DNA from: the human T2T-CHM13v2.0 reference genome, Homo sapiens
Strand: one strand, 5' to 3'
NCBI RefSeq assembly: GCF_009914755.1
Contig: NC_060931.1
DNA length: 64,000 nt
Positions within the stretch are counted from its first letter, which is position 1, and every line of letters starts with the position of its first letter. Below, in pieces: positions 47,261-62,070 of this stretch. The position numbers were made by a program, and so were the translations under genes. Under the pieces are notes generated by a model that did no database searches, was not told the DNA's origin, and worked only from the letters and a program-made list of their open reading frames with translations.

Positions 47261-47659
47261 CATGAACCAAATTAAAACAGTTTTTGTTCTTTTTCCTATT
47301 GAAGAAGCATGGGGAAAAAGAATTGGATGCAATTGTTGGCTAAGATTGTTTCAGCTCTGACAGTGTTGGAAGACTCAGGATATCACAGGCATTCTGTCTT
47401 CCTGGTAGATGATGTCCTATGCTAGAGATGGAAGCACCAAGGCATTAGGTCTGACACCACTAAACATTCTTGACATCATACTAAATAATTTTATTCTGAT
47501 TCATGCTCACCAAGTTATCTTCTGATCAGTTGTCTTTATATGTAGCCTGTTCACAAGAAAAAAAATGCACCAACTAGGGAGATATAAACATTCTGTCTCT
47601 TTATTGCCATAATTTCCAGTGAAATTTAGTAAATCAGCATTCAACTTTTGTATTTTGTG

Positions 47660-48060
47660 TGAAAATGTGAGCATGAGTCAGCATCACCAAACCTGACCAG
47701 CTCTGCTACACTGACACGATCAAACTCAGAAATGTGATAAATTCCAAGGTAAATTCCTGCTAGAAAATCGAGAGGCAGGGGATCAACTTGACGTTTTACG
47801 CTTTCCTCGGAACCACATGAAACAGTTTTTTTGAAAAAACAAAAACAAACAAACAACAACAATGAAATCTTGTATTTCTTCTTTTCTTCAAAAGATGTAG
47901 AGTGAAAAAGGAATTGTGGAAGAAAGAAGCTTCATATTGTGTTTGGATCAGAATCAGGTAGCAGCACCTGCTTGCGGGGAAAAAGCTGGGCACCAGATCA
48001 GAGCCTACAGCTTTTAACAGAAAAGGAAGTCAGAAAACAAATGCTAGTATAAACCACAGT
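47660..48060. promoter_or_regulatory. Candidate enhancer (motif cluster in apparently unique DNA)
   Basis: NF-E2/AP-1 ATGAGTCAGCA 47673-47683, half-CRE TGACGT 47789, STAT N4 TTCCTCGGAA 47803-47812, RUNX AACCACA 47811 and 48052, ETS AAAAGGAAGT 48021. Motif evidence only. Confidence 0.35.
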
Positions 48061-48899
48061 GCAGAGTTGCTGAGGACAGTGAAAATCAGACCTGGTTGTT
48101 GGAAGAAACCAAGAGAGGACACAGAGCAGGCCTCAGACGATTTCAACTAGTGTAGAACACACTCAATTATCCCTGTTTTGTTGGACTTTTTGCTGATTTT
48201 TATACACAACAAGCTCAGTCTCATAGATTTTCAATTGATTATGACATCTGCATGGAGTGCATTCTCACCAAATCCTTCAGCATAATTACAAAGCTGAGCA
48301 GGAGATGGGGATTTGGGGGTCCAGAGTGAGAAAGTTCTGACTGTGCCAGCAAGTCGCTGTGCCATTTTTGTACCATAAAAGTGACATTCTATGATTAATA
48401 AATATTTATTGAATGAATGCTATGGGAATAAATGCTAAGTCATTTATTCTTTTATTAAAAGAGCAGAACAGTTCTTCATTCCACACTGGCAGAAGAAGCA
48501 AAGAAACAAACACTAAACCTGCAGACACAATATCTTTGTAAAAAGTAGGCTAATAACTGTGACAAAATGTAGGACAATACGTGAGAGTCAGGAAGTTCTG
48601 AGGTTTCCAATCTTGGTCAGTCAACGACAAATCAATGCTATATAACCACGAAAAATACCTATTATATGAAAGGCTTCACTGCAGTGACTTCTTTCTAGCC
48701 TGGGGCAGGACTCGCATCTGCAACAACATGAATGAAAGTATGTTCAAAGGCAATCAAGGAAGATCAAAGATGCCTATGTCTTTCTGTTCTCCACCATTGA
48801 ATTACTATATCTATTCTCCATCAAGAACAGTCTCCATTGAGAGATGAGTAAAAACCAAAAATAGATGATTATGGGCCGGTCACACTCCCGGTAAAAAGA

Positions 48900-50400
48900 A
48901 AAAAAGAAATATATCCCCCAAATGAAGTACATTTCTAGTTGTCAGAAAAGTACCACTGGTTTTTTGTAAATTGAAAAAAAAATTATTTAAAATAATGACA
49001 TTTTTTTAAAAAATTAAAAATTAAGAAACGAACGAATCCATTGCCTAAGGACAAAAAGGACTCAAGTCACTCATGCAGGCTCTTAAATAAGAAATGCAAA
49101 AAGGAGATAAACATTTAGTTTCCAAAGCTCAGGGGGCTTGGGAAATAAAAGAGATAAACTGTACTTGTTATAGAAATGGAATCACATTAGGAGGGAAAAA
49201 AAAAAAGACATTACTGAAACCACAATCAAGAACATATAGAAAACAGCATGAAGAAAATAACGGGAAAATAAAAAGGAAAGGAGATAAATTAAAAAGCAGG
49301 AACATAAGGGAAGTACAAGAAGAAGGGACAACATAAAATATATCCAGTGTCCATGAAGATAACAGAAAAAAAGGAAAAAAAAGTATAATTAACGATTAAT
49401 TTCTTGAAATAAAGCTTGCTCTACCAACGAATGATCCCAAGAAGTGCCAGGAAAACTTTAATACAGAAAGATCCTTAAGAAGACAGACTGGAAATAATAT
49501 TTAGTTCCTAAAAGATGGAAAGATATTAATAGGTTTTCTGGCAAAATTTCTAGTAATTTGTAAAGACAGAAAATTCAGGGCAACACGTGCCTCTCAACAT
49601 CAAAACACTGGATCCAAGTGTTTGATCTCCATCCAAGCTATCATTAAAGTAGAAAAGCATTAAGCAGACTGTCTAAAAAATACAGCGACTAAAGAAATTC
49701 AATATCTCAGTTTGTTTTCTGTTGTTAATAACAGAGTAGCTCAAACTGGGTAATGCGTAAAGAAAAAGAATTTATTTCTTACAGTGATGGAGGCTGAGAA
49801 GTCCAAGATTGAGGGATCTCATCTAGTGAAAGCCTTCTTACTGGTGGAGACTGCAGACTCTTGAGGTGGTGCAGAGCATCACATGGAAAGGGGGCTGAGT
49901 GTCCTAGCTCAGGTCTCCTATCCTCTTCCCCAGTTCCATTCCCATAAACCATTAATCCATCAACCCATTAATTCACTAATCCATGAGTGTATTAATCTAT
50001 CCATGAGAGCAGTCTTCATGATTCAATCGCCTCTTAAAGCACCATCTTTAAATACTGCCACATTGCAGACTAAGTAGCAACACAAGAAATTTGCAGGACA
50101 ATTCAAGCCATAGAATGCAACATACATCAATAGAAAACAAAGAAACAAAAATACCCTCTAGAATGATTTAAGAATAAATTCCAGATAATCAAAAGATGAA
50201 TATAGAAACTATGGTAAGAAGTAATTGTTGGTGAACACCAAACACATTTAAATGTAAAATCTAAGCTAAAATTGCAGAGAAATTTGTTACAAGAACAAAA
50301 AACAAATATTATAAATTATGATAATACAGAAATATATGGCAAAAAGAAATCTCGTCACTTTGAATATAAGTCAATGGATTTACAACAAATTATTTTTAGT
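48900..50400 (+). mobile_element. HAL1 / old L1M ORF1-like remnant, interrupted by MSTC
   Basis: A-rich ORF1-like sequence (AAGTGCCAGGAAA...ATACAGAAAGATCC, CTCAACATCAAAACACTGGATCC). Confidence 0.45.
49703..50115 (-). mobile_element. MSTC-like MaLR solo LTR
   Basis: TATCTCAGTTTGTTTTCTGTTG...GGAGGCTGAGAAGTCCAAG...CCATTAATCCAT repeats...CAAGCCATAGAA. TSD TTCAA/TGCAA. Confidence 0.88.
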
Positions 50401-50417
50401 ACGCATATGTATAACAT

Positions 50418-50474
50418 TTTAAGAAGTATATATATGCTTTAAGAAGTATATATATGCTTTAAGAAGTATATATA
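50418..50474. repeat. 20 bp minisatellite, about 2.85 copies
   Basis: TTTAAGAAGTATATATATGC twice plus a partial copy. Confidence 0.95.
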
Positions 50475-50559
50475 CATACATATATACATATATATATAAT
50501 ACACACATTTGGTGTTAATCAACTGCTTATCTCCTATCTTCTTTATATTTAGATGACAA

Positions 50560-50850
50560 ACATTCTTTAGGTGATTGTATTCAGTTGTATGAATTCAAAT
50601 ACAATCTGCATACTAAATGATGAGCTAGTCAACCTGTAATTCAAATGCTGGGCTTCTTCCTGAGCTTCTGACCTCATAATTCAGATTTTCTATTAGCAAT
50701 TTATCCTGAATATGCAGAAACAAATTATAATATGTGCTCCAAAACCTATTTCTCCTCTTCTTTTCTTCCTCTTAAGATACCACATATAATTTCTTACCAG
50801 TTACCAATTAGCAAGACAGACATCTGAAATCTCTAATCTGCTTTAAGCCA
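50560..50850 (+). mobile_element. L2 fragment
   Basis: TAGGTGATTGTATTCAG...TTCAAATACAATCTGCATAC...TCCTGAGCTTCTGACC. Confidence 0.6.
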
Positions 50851-50970
50851 TATATAATAAAGATTTATTTTAGATATTATTATAATTTTAAGATCTGTAA
50901 TTTCCATCTGTTTGTTTCATATGGTTTTAATTTCACTGCTGAGTTTCCCATTTTTTATTCATTAAGATCA

Positions 50971-51158
50971 TTTTTATTTTTAAGTTGTTTTTTTTTTTTT
51001 TTTTGAGACTGAGTCTCGCTCTGTTGCCCAGGCTGGAGTGCACTGGCACCATCTCAGCTCACTGCAACCTCAGTCTCCTGGGTTCAAGCAATTCTCTGCC
51101 TCAGCCTCCCGAGTAGCTGGGATTACAGGCACCCACAACCACACCCGGCTAATTTCTG

Positions 51159-51189
<31 letters not shown>

Positions 51190-51518
51190 GTAAAGACAGG
51201 GTTTCACCATTGTAGCCAGGCTGGTCTTGAACTCCTGACCTTGTGATCCACCCGCCTCAGCATCCCAAAGTGCTGGGATTACAGGCGTGAGCCACCACGC
51301 CCAGCCTCCTTTTTAAAGTTTTTTATTTGCGTTACTATGGATACATACTACCTGTATTATTTATGGAGTACATGTGATAGTTTGATAAAAGCACACAGTG
51401 CGTAATGATCAAGTCACGGTAATTGGGGTATGCATCACCTCAAGCATGTATCATTTCTTTGTGTTAGGAACATTCCAATTCTGCTGCTAGTTATTTTGAA
51501 ATATACAATATATTTTTG
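50971..51518 (-). mobile_element. Short L1MA4/5-type 3' end with an Alu in its tail
   Basis: GTACATGTGATAGTTTGATA...GGTAATTGGGGTATGCATCACCTCAAGCAT. TSD TTAAGATC at 50962-50969 and 51519-51526. Confidence 0.8.
50988..51306 (-). mobile_element. Full-length AluSg-like element with an expanded central T28 tract
   Basis: Dimeric Alu with a T run at 51162-51189. Confidence 0.93.
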
Positions 51519-53669
51519 TTAAGATCTTTTTAAATTTTAAGTCCTCATAACCTTAATAACAGTTGCATTAAAATCCTTGCCTGCTATTCTATTACCTGTG
51601 TTGTCTCATCTTTGATTACTACCAACTATGTTTTCTTTGTAACATAGGTTATATTTTTTCTTCTGTTTCTTTAAATATTTAGTAATTTTTTACTGGCTAC
51701 TGCGCATTATGGATAATACATTGTAGAAACTCTGGATTTGAGTTTGTTTTCTTTGAAAAGTGTTGACTTTTGTTTCAGTTTAGCAGCCAGTTAACTTAGC
51801 TAAACTCAGACCCCTTGGTGTGTTTCCTCCATGGTAAGTGGCAGCTGAAATCTCTATTCAGTTCTTCAGACTTCTAGCTGTTGCTGTTTACTGTTGGTGT
51901 CTCCCTAATGCATGCACTAAAAAAAAAAAAAAAAAAAAAAGAAAGAAAGGTGGAGTATTTACACAGATTTAATGTGATACTCTCCTTTTCCAGACTTTCC
52001 AACTAATTTTCCAGTGGCTCTGGAAGTCACAAACTATGCCTCCCATATCTTCAAGCTAGTAAGGCTATGGTTTACTCTGAGTTCTTGTTACCTCCTTCTA
52101 AGGCAGCTGGAATTGCCCTCAGACAAAAAGCCATTTACCTGTGAATATCACTCGATACAGTATATTTTTTTTCACAGTTGACACCTCTCTTGTTCCTGCC
52201 TGCTTTTATGCTATGCTTGCCTTTTAATAGTTAGATAAAATATTTTGTCAAGAATTTATACTTGTTTCCTGCAGGTATATTAGTATGATTTAAGCTAGTT
52301 CCTCATTATTGGAAATAGAATATCTAATACATATTAAAAATTTACATTTAAAAAATAAATACCATGTTACTATCAAGCTAAAATGATTGAATCATTTATC
52401 ACTGCATCGGTTCTCAACATATGATCCCTAAAATAAGATATGTAAAGGAATGTTAAATTAAAACAAACAAAAAAGTCTTGAACTAGATTGTTTAAAAAGT
52501 GTCCTATGACACAAAATTAAACAGCTGTTTTAATACAATTATTTTCCTTACAGTTATTCCTTTTACATAAAAATTGTTTTATAAACTCAAACAAGTGCTA
52601 TAAAATAGCAATCATTTCTGACCTTGGTAACTTGGTATTTTACCTTTTGGGATTATTATTCTATGGAAATCTTTCTGTGGAATTAATAGCCTGTAGAATA
52701 AGATTTTTAAAAATGTTTTCTATTTCCATCCCCTAAGAGAACCATACTCTAATATTTTATATACTTTATAAATATGCATATTCTAAAGTCAAATGCATAT
52801 TTAATACATTTATTGGTGATGCTATTTTTGTGTATAGTTTATGTACATTTTTGTATGTTAAAATGAACATATGCTAAAATTTAATGAGGAAATTAGGAGG
52901 ATGACAAACCTGACTCAAAGAAACATAATAAACAGAATATATATCATATACATTCAGGGAAAGCAAAAATAAATAATGCTGAAATAAGATTACACAACTA
53001 AATCCAAAACTAGTTCATCTTACAGACAGAAAATGTAAAACCTTTAGATTTATCTTCTTTTATGGAAAAAATCATTGCCATGTAATTAGCTTCCTACAAA
53101 TTAACATCTAACTCTAAAGAGTTGTAATTTGTTTGCTGCTAATCAGTGGTAAGTCCAGCAAAAGCATATGTCCTTAAAGCAAGTAGATTTTTAAGCAAGT
53201 TTATTAGCATAGCATGATAATGAAGGTCATGCTGTCATCCTTTTTCCTTATTTCTAAGTTTACAATAATTTTTCTTAATAGTCTTTCCTAATGATTAAAA
53301 AGCAATCTCTAAGTGGTGTTTAATTTATATAAATGGTATTAGAATATAAATGTTTGAAATCATTTATTTTTTCCTTTCGACATTATCTTTCTTTTGCATT
53401 AGATGGATAGATAGATGATAGACCGATCTTGTTTTATACTACTGCATGGTATCACATAGTGTGCTTTCACCAGGTGCAGAGCTATAATCTTGGAGCGGGG
53501 AAGAGTTTGATGTGATGGAAAAATAAGGTCAAGGGAGAGAAATCTGTAAGACAAGGCTGGTAAGGTCAACTAGGGACATTTTGTAAAGGTCACATGCATA
53601 AGGAAAAGTAATATTGTTGTTGAGGCTATACTACGTTACTGGACAAAGGACAGGAAGTGCACCAAACTA

Positions 53670-54010
53670 ATCTCAAGGAAATAATCAAATGACATAAAGA
53701 TACTCACATAATGTTACTCATAATGTTTTATGCAACAGTGAAAAGTTGAAAAATAAGTCAGTGCTAAATATAGGCAGATGATCATGTAACTGAGAGTAGT
53801 ATTTCAACTAGTTGATATATTATTCATCAAAAATTATATCGCAAAGAGCTGCAACAGTATACAACAGTATGGGAAACAAAACAACATATAACCTTAAAAT
53901 ATAATGATCAATTATAATGGTACATTTTAAAAAGCTTAAACACGCTACATTCTCAAGAATTTTACTTACAGAAAAATGTACAAATGGACTTGACACTACA
54001 TGCAATAGTC
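53670..54010 (+). mobile_element. L1ME/MC-type 3' fragment
   Basis: AAGGAAATAATCAAATG.CATAAAGAT...CAGTGAAAAGTTGAAAA. Confidence 0.5.
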
Positions 54011-55169
54011 AAATCAAGTGCTGATAAGCTCAAAAATATTTAATTTTCTTTTTTTGTTATGTTATGTAATACTGTGAATATACATGCTTAAGAATTTAAT
54101 CCAAATAATCTTCAATTACCTAAGAAAACAGAAGATAATAATAAAATTTTAACGTACAACTTATTATTTAAAATGTATCATACTTTAACTGGGCATTTAA
54201 ATGCAAGTTTGTGTATTGTAAAAATTGAAATTGGGCTCCTAATAGCCATGATCTTTAGACATGCGTCAACAATAATTCTGATTAAAGACAGAGTGAGCAT
54301 GGTTAATGTGGACCCTGGGATGTGTAATAGCAGCGAATTGCCATAGTAGGGCATTTCTATAATCAGAAGGATTTTCCAGGTATGGCTTCTCCTTTACATA
54401 TTTACACTGACTCGAAACTAAAATATGATAAGAGTAAAAGGCCCATTGCATTGCTTACACAAGCTCACAGGTGGCTTAGTTCCAACTCTGCTGATTATGT
54501 CAATTAGGGCTCCAAAAAAACTATTTTAGCCATTCCAACTCATAATCAAACAGTGAAAATATTTTAAAATCTCTACATTATTGGCATAATTAAAAAATAG
54601 TTATTTCCTATCTCACTGCATATAAAGTGTAACTTATCTTAGAGTTATAGAAAACTGAGATATACAGGCTATTTGATAATCAATCATGAAGTTCATCCCT
54701 TCCACCCACTCTGCCTTAAATTTAGAGCTGGATAAACTAAGTGCCCTACTCTATGAAGGGCTTTTCAAAAGATTGGTATCTCAGAAATCAAGTATATCAG
54801 TTTCTTATTTTGTACTATCTCCACCTTGGAAATACCTTGGTGCTTTTTCTCATCACTTATCCAAGAAATTATTTTCCAGATTCAAATTACAAATCACATT
54901 TGTGATTCTTTCTGTCTGGAAAACAATGCTGTCAAGTGCTAAATTAAATTATGTACACATCAGCAAAACACGTCGAGGTCTGTTGATTTGTGGTAGTATA
55001 CCACGTATCTCTATCTCTTATGTTCTTCTGTTTTTCTACTTTAAATGCGTGGAATTCTTGACCCTCTCCTGTCCTTTTCCTCTCTCCAACTTCATATTCT
55101 GGCTCATCTAGGAAATCTTACCAATCTGAGCCAGAAGGACTATCCAGTCAGAGATTACAGGAAGTTTAG

Positions 55170-56532
<1,363 letters not shown>

Positions 56533-57652
56533 GGAGATGGGCCAAAATGGCTGACTACAAGCAGCTGGTATGCACCATTCTCATAGAGAGAAGTAGAAAG
56601 GGTGAGTAAATATAGTACTTTCAACTGAAACATCCAGGTACATGGATTGGAATGCATCAAGCAAACAACTCTACCCACAGAGAACAAAGAAAAGCAAGGC
56701 AAAATGACCACCTACCCAGGAGTAACGTGGAGCCAGGAGAGCCTCCCTGCCTAGGGAAGTGGTGAGTTGAGTGAGCAATCCCAGGCACACACACTTCTCC
56801 CATGGATTTTTGCAACCCTTGGGTCAGGAGATCCCCTCATGAACCCACTCCACCGGACCTGCAATCTGACACACAGAGCTACGTGGAGTTTTGGCTGAGC
56901 AGCTAATCAGGCACATGCAGCGCCCCAGAAGCTGTATATATTCAGGCTTCCCAACAAAAGCAGATGCAACTCCAGCAAAGCAGGGTTAGACCCCTGTGCT
57001 TACCCTTAGGCAAAGGGTTGAATCCAGGGGGTTGAGGAGTGAGGATCTACAGGTCCTGCTTCCACAACATTTCACAGGATAAGACCCACTGACGTGCAAC
57101 TCCAGCCAGCTACTGGTGTGGCAGCATTACACTTCCCTGAGATGGAGCTCCTATCCATAACCATTGTTGCCTCTGGTGCAGCCACCCTATGGAAAAAGTG
57201 GCCAGACTGCCTTGTTACACAGGTCCCCTATCTATTCCTCCACACTCAGTGGGAACTCCCATCTAGGGTATCTAGCCACCCACACCGGTATTTTCCAGCT
57301 GGCAGCAGTTTCAGACTTCCCTGGGATGAAGCTCCAGAGGGAGGGGCGGGACACCATCTTTGCTCTTTTGCAGCCTTCACTGTTGATACCTTCAGGTGTT
57401 GGAAAATCCAAGGTGACTACAAAGTGGAATGGACCCCCAGCATACTGTAGCTCCCCTAAGAAAGTGACCAGACTGTTATGTGGGATACCCATCCAGTACC
57501 CTCTCACTGGGCAGCAAAATGGAAAGGAAAGATAGTTATTAACCAATACAAAAACACACTTAAGTACACAGACCATTGACACTATAAAGCAACCACACAA
57601 ACAACACAATGACAGGATCAAATTGATATATATCAATACTAACCTTGAAAGT

Positions 57653-57974
<322 letters not shown>

Positions 57975-58135
57975 TGAATGTGTTTTCTTCACATTCTTGT
58001 TCCAATGGAAACCTGGCTGTTCCCCAAGGGCAGTGCTTACTCTGCATTCCTCAATTGCTAGCTTATGTGTCTCTCAACTCATGTACCTCTCTGTACTGCC
58101 ATTTCTTCTCTCTTCTCCATCAGAAACTCAGCTCT

Positions 58136-58320
58136 AATCAGTCATAGTTGCATACACATGTAGTCCTAGGTACTCAGGAGGCTGAGGTGGGAGGATCACT
58201 TGAGCCCAGGAGTTCACTGTTAGAGTGAGCTAAGATCACAACTCTGCACTGCAGCCTAGGCCACGGAGCAAGATTCTGTCTCAAAAACAAAACAGAACAA
58301 AACAAAACAAAACAAAAAAA
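58136..58320 (+). mobile_element. FRAM/FAM monomer within an L2-like fragment (~57985-58400) inside the insert
   Basis: GGAGGATCACTTGAGCCCAGGAGTTC with a (CAAAA)n tail. The upstream flank GAAACCTGGCTGTTCCCCAAGGGCAGTGCTT resembles the L2 ORF. Confidence 0.8.
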
Positions 58321-61300
58321 CCCATAAGAACCCAACCCAGTGCTTTTGAAATATACATCACTAAACTACTGTGTATTGCTCATTCTTGTTATTTGGTTTC
58401 TTGTCTAATCACATTTATTCACTTACAGTTTTAATACCCTGAATATTCCTGAGGAATATAAAGAGGCAATAATTTTAGCCACAGACATCCTGGTTATATA
58501 GAATTGCTCCTGTGTAGAATAAAAATACATACGCTCTTTTTAGTTGAGAGGAAAACATGAAAATCTCATTTTATCTAGCCTTGATTAGAGGGCAATATGT
58601 AAGACAAAGAATTCTGTTAGAGAGGTAAGTGTCACCCTGGACTTAGAAATCTTTTTTCATAGATGGTGTGTCCTGTGTTAGGTCTTACTTGGAAGAAAAT
58701 TGAAGTAAAAAACAGCTTTAAGTAGCTGAATAATTAGGATTAATTAGTAGTTGTTGATTCTAAATCCCTTAAGACTAAATTTCATTGCAGCTCTGTACCC
58801 TCAGCAAGACTTCCTTTCTTGATTGTTTTTTCCATTTAATATAAATTTAAAAGATGCCCATATTGTCAGGTTGTTTTTAGTCACCAGACTGTCTTTAATA
58901 GCCTCTGATGTTATAAAACTGGAGTCATGAAATTGTTTCGCAGGAAATAGTGATAATTCCTTCAATAAACATCTGCTATTCTTATAAATATCAAAAAAAA
59001 AAGAAAGTAAACATGCTAAATGGCCCATTTAAAAGGCACAGAGTGGCAAGCTAGATGAAAAAAAAAAAAAAAAAAAAACAAGACCCAGTGGTATTCTGTC
59101 TTCAAGAGATCCATCTCACATTCAATGACACTCATAGGCTCAAAATAAAGGGATGGAGGAACATCTACCATGCAAATGGAAATCAGCAAAAGCAGGAGTC
59201 ACAATCCTAATTTCAGACAAAACAGACTTTAAACCAGCAAAGATTTAAAAAAAAGACAAAAAAGAACATTACATAACGGTAAAGGATTCAATTCAATGAG
59301 AAGATCTAACTATCCTAAATATACATGCACCCAACAAAGGAGCAACCAGATTCATAGAGCAAGCTCTTAGAGACCTACAAAGATAATTAGATGCCCACGC
59401 AGTAATAGTGGGAGACTTCAACACTCCATTGCCAGTATTAAACAGATCAGAGGCGGAAAATTAACAAAGATATTCAGTACCTGAACTCAACCTTGGACCA
59501 AATGGATCTGATAGACTACTGCAGAACCCTCCACCAAAAAAAAAAAAGATTATGCTTTCTTTTCATCCTCACATGGCACATACTCTGAAATCAACCACAC
59601 AATCAGATATAAAACAATCCTGAGCCAATGCAAAATAACTGAAATCATACCAAACACACTCTTGGACCACAACACAATAAAAATAGAAATCAAGACTTTA
59701 AAATTGCTCAAAACCATGCAACTACATGGAAATTAAAAAACGTGCTCCTGAATGACTTTTGTGTAAATAATAAAATTGAGCCCAAAATCAACAAGTTCTT
59801 AGAAACTAATGAGAACAAAGATATAACATACCAGAATCTCTGGGACACAGATAAGGCAGTGTTAAGAGAAAAAATTATAGCACTAAATGCTCACATCAAA
59901 AAGTTAGAAAGATCTCAAATTAACAACCTAACATCACAGCTAGAGCAAATCAACTCCAAAGCTAGCGGAAGACAAGAAATAACCAAAATCCAAGCTGAAC
60001 TGAAGGAGCTCAAGATATGAAAAACCATTCAAATGAATCCAGGAGTTGTTTTTTAAAAATATTAATCAGATAGGGTGCTAGCTAGACTAATAAATAAGAA
60101 AAGAGATACCATCCAAATAAATGACAAAGGCGATGTTACCACTGATACCACAGAGATACACACAACCATCAGATAATGCTATGAACACATCTATACACAC
60201 AAACTAGAAAACCTAGAAGAGATGGTTAAGTTCCTAGACACATAAACCCTCCCAAGACTGAACCAAGAAGAAATTGACTCCCTGAACATACCAATAATGA
60301 GCTCTGAAATTAAATCAATAATAAATACCTAACAATGAAAAAAAAGCCCAGTAAAAGATGTATTCACAGCTGTATTCTACCAGATACACAAAGAGGAACT
60401 GGTACCATTCCTACTGAAACTACTCCAAAAATTGAGGAGAAAGGACTCCTCTCCAACTCATTCTATGAGGCCAGCCTCACCCTGAAACCAAAACCTGGCA
60501 GAGACACAACAAAAAGAAATTTTCAGGCCAACATTTTTAGGAACATTGATGCAAAAAGACTCAACAAAATGCTGGCAAACTGAATCCAGTAGCATATCAA
60601 AAAGCTAATCCACCACAATCAAGCAGGCTTTATCCCTGTGACAGAAGGTTGGTTCAACATATGAAAATCAATAAATGTGATCTATCACATAAACACAACT
60701 AAAGACAAAGACCACATGATTATCTCAAGAGATGCAAAAAAGGCTTTTGATAAAATTCAACATCCCTTCATTTTAAAAACTCTCGATAATCTAGGTATTG
60801 AATGAACATACCTCAAAATAATAAGAGCCATCTGTGACAAATCCATAGCCAACATCATGCTGAATGGGCAAAAGCTGGAAATATTCCCCTTGAAAACTGG
60901 CAAAAAAGAAGGATGCCCTTTCTCACTACTTCTATTCCATATAGTAAGTCCTGGCCAGAACAATCAGACAAGAGAAAAAAATAAAGGACATCCAAATAGA
61001 AAGAGAGAAACTCAAACTATCCCTGTTTGCAGATGACATGATTCTATATTTAGAAAATCTCATAGTGTTCACCCAAAATCTCCTTCAGCTGATAAACAAC
61101 TGCAGCAAAGTTTCAGGATACAAAATCAACATTCTCAAATCAGTAGCATCCTTATACACCACCAACAGCCAAACCAAGAGCCTAATCAGGAACACAATCC
61201 TATTCAGAATTGCCACAAAAAGAATAAAATTTCTAGAAATATGGTTAATCAGGGAAGTAAAATATCTCTACAATGAGAATTCCAAAGCACTGCTCAAAAT

Positions 61301-62070
61301 AATCAGAGATGACACAAACAAATGGAAAAGCATTCCATTCTTATGGATCAGAAGAATCAATATCATTAAAATGGCTATACTGACCAAAGCAATTTACAGA
61401 TTCAGTGCCATTCCTCTCAAACTACCAATGATATTCTTCACAGAACTAGAAAAAATATTTTAAAATTCATGTGGAACAAAAAAAAAAAAGAGCCTGAATA
61501 ATCAAAGCAATACTAAGCAAAAAGAACAAATCTGGAGTCATCATGTTACCCAATTTCAAACTATGCTATGAGGCTACAGTATGGTACTGGTACAAAAACA
61601 GACGAGTGTAACAGAATAGAGAGACCAAAAATAAGGCCACATACATACAACCATCTGATCTTCAACGAAGCTTACAAAAACAAGCAATGGGGAAAGGACT
61701 TTATTCAATAAATGTTTCTAGGATAACTGACAAACCATATACAGAAGATTGAAACTAGACCCCTTCCTTTCACCATATACAAAAATTAACTCAAGATGGA
61801 TTAAAGACTTAGATGTAAAACCTAAAACTACAAAAACCCCATAAAAAAGTCTAGGAAATACCATTCTGAACAACAGCCTTGGGAAACAATTTATGACTAA
61901 GCCCTCAAAAGCAATGGTAACAAAAACAAAAAATTGGCAAATGCAGTCTAAAGAGCTTTTTCCACAGCAAAAGAAACTATCACGAGTAAACAACCTACAG
62001 AATGAGAGAAAATATTCACAAACTATGCATTTGACAAAGGTTTAATATCTAGAAACTATAAGGAACTTAA

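Larger units (their letters stand above)
50870..52310 (-). mobile_element. Old L1ME-type 5' region hosting nested L1MA and Alu
   Basis: GGATAATACATTGTAGAAACTCTGGATT and GTGGCAGCTGAAATCTCT are reverse L1M 5' motifs. Confidence 0.6.

Noticed and set aside
52403-52745. Possible hAT DNA transposon remnant (also near 3560 and 12786)
   Set aside because: Only terminal-like motifs (e.g. GGTTCTCAA) are visible, and the family cannot be supported by eye.
54686-55111. 141 aa ORF in unique DNA
   Set aside because: No recognisable domain, and a Leu/Ser/Phe-rich composition typical of random AT-rich frames.
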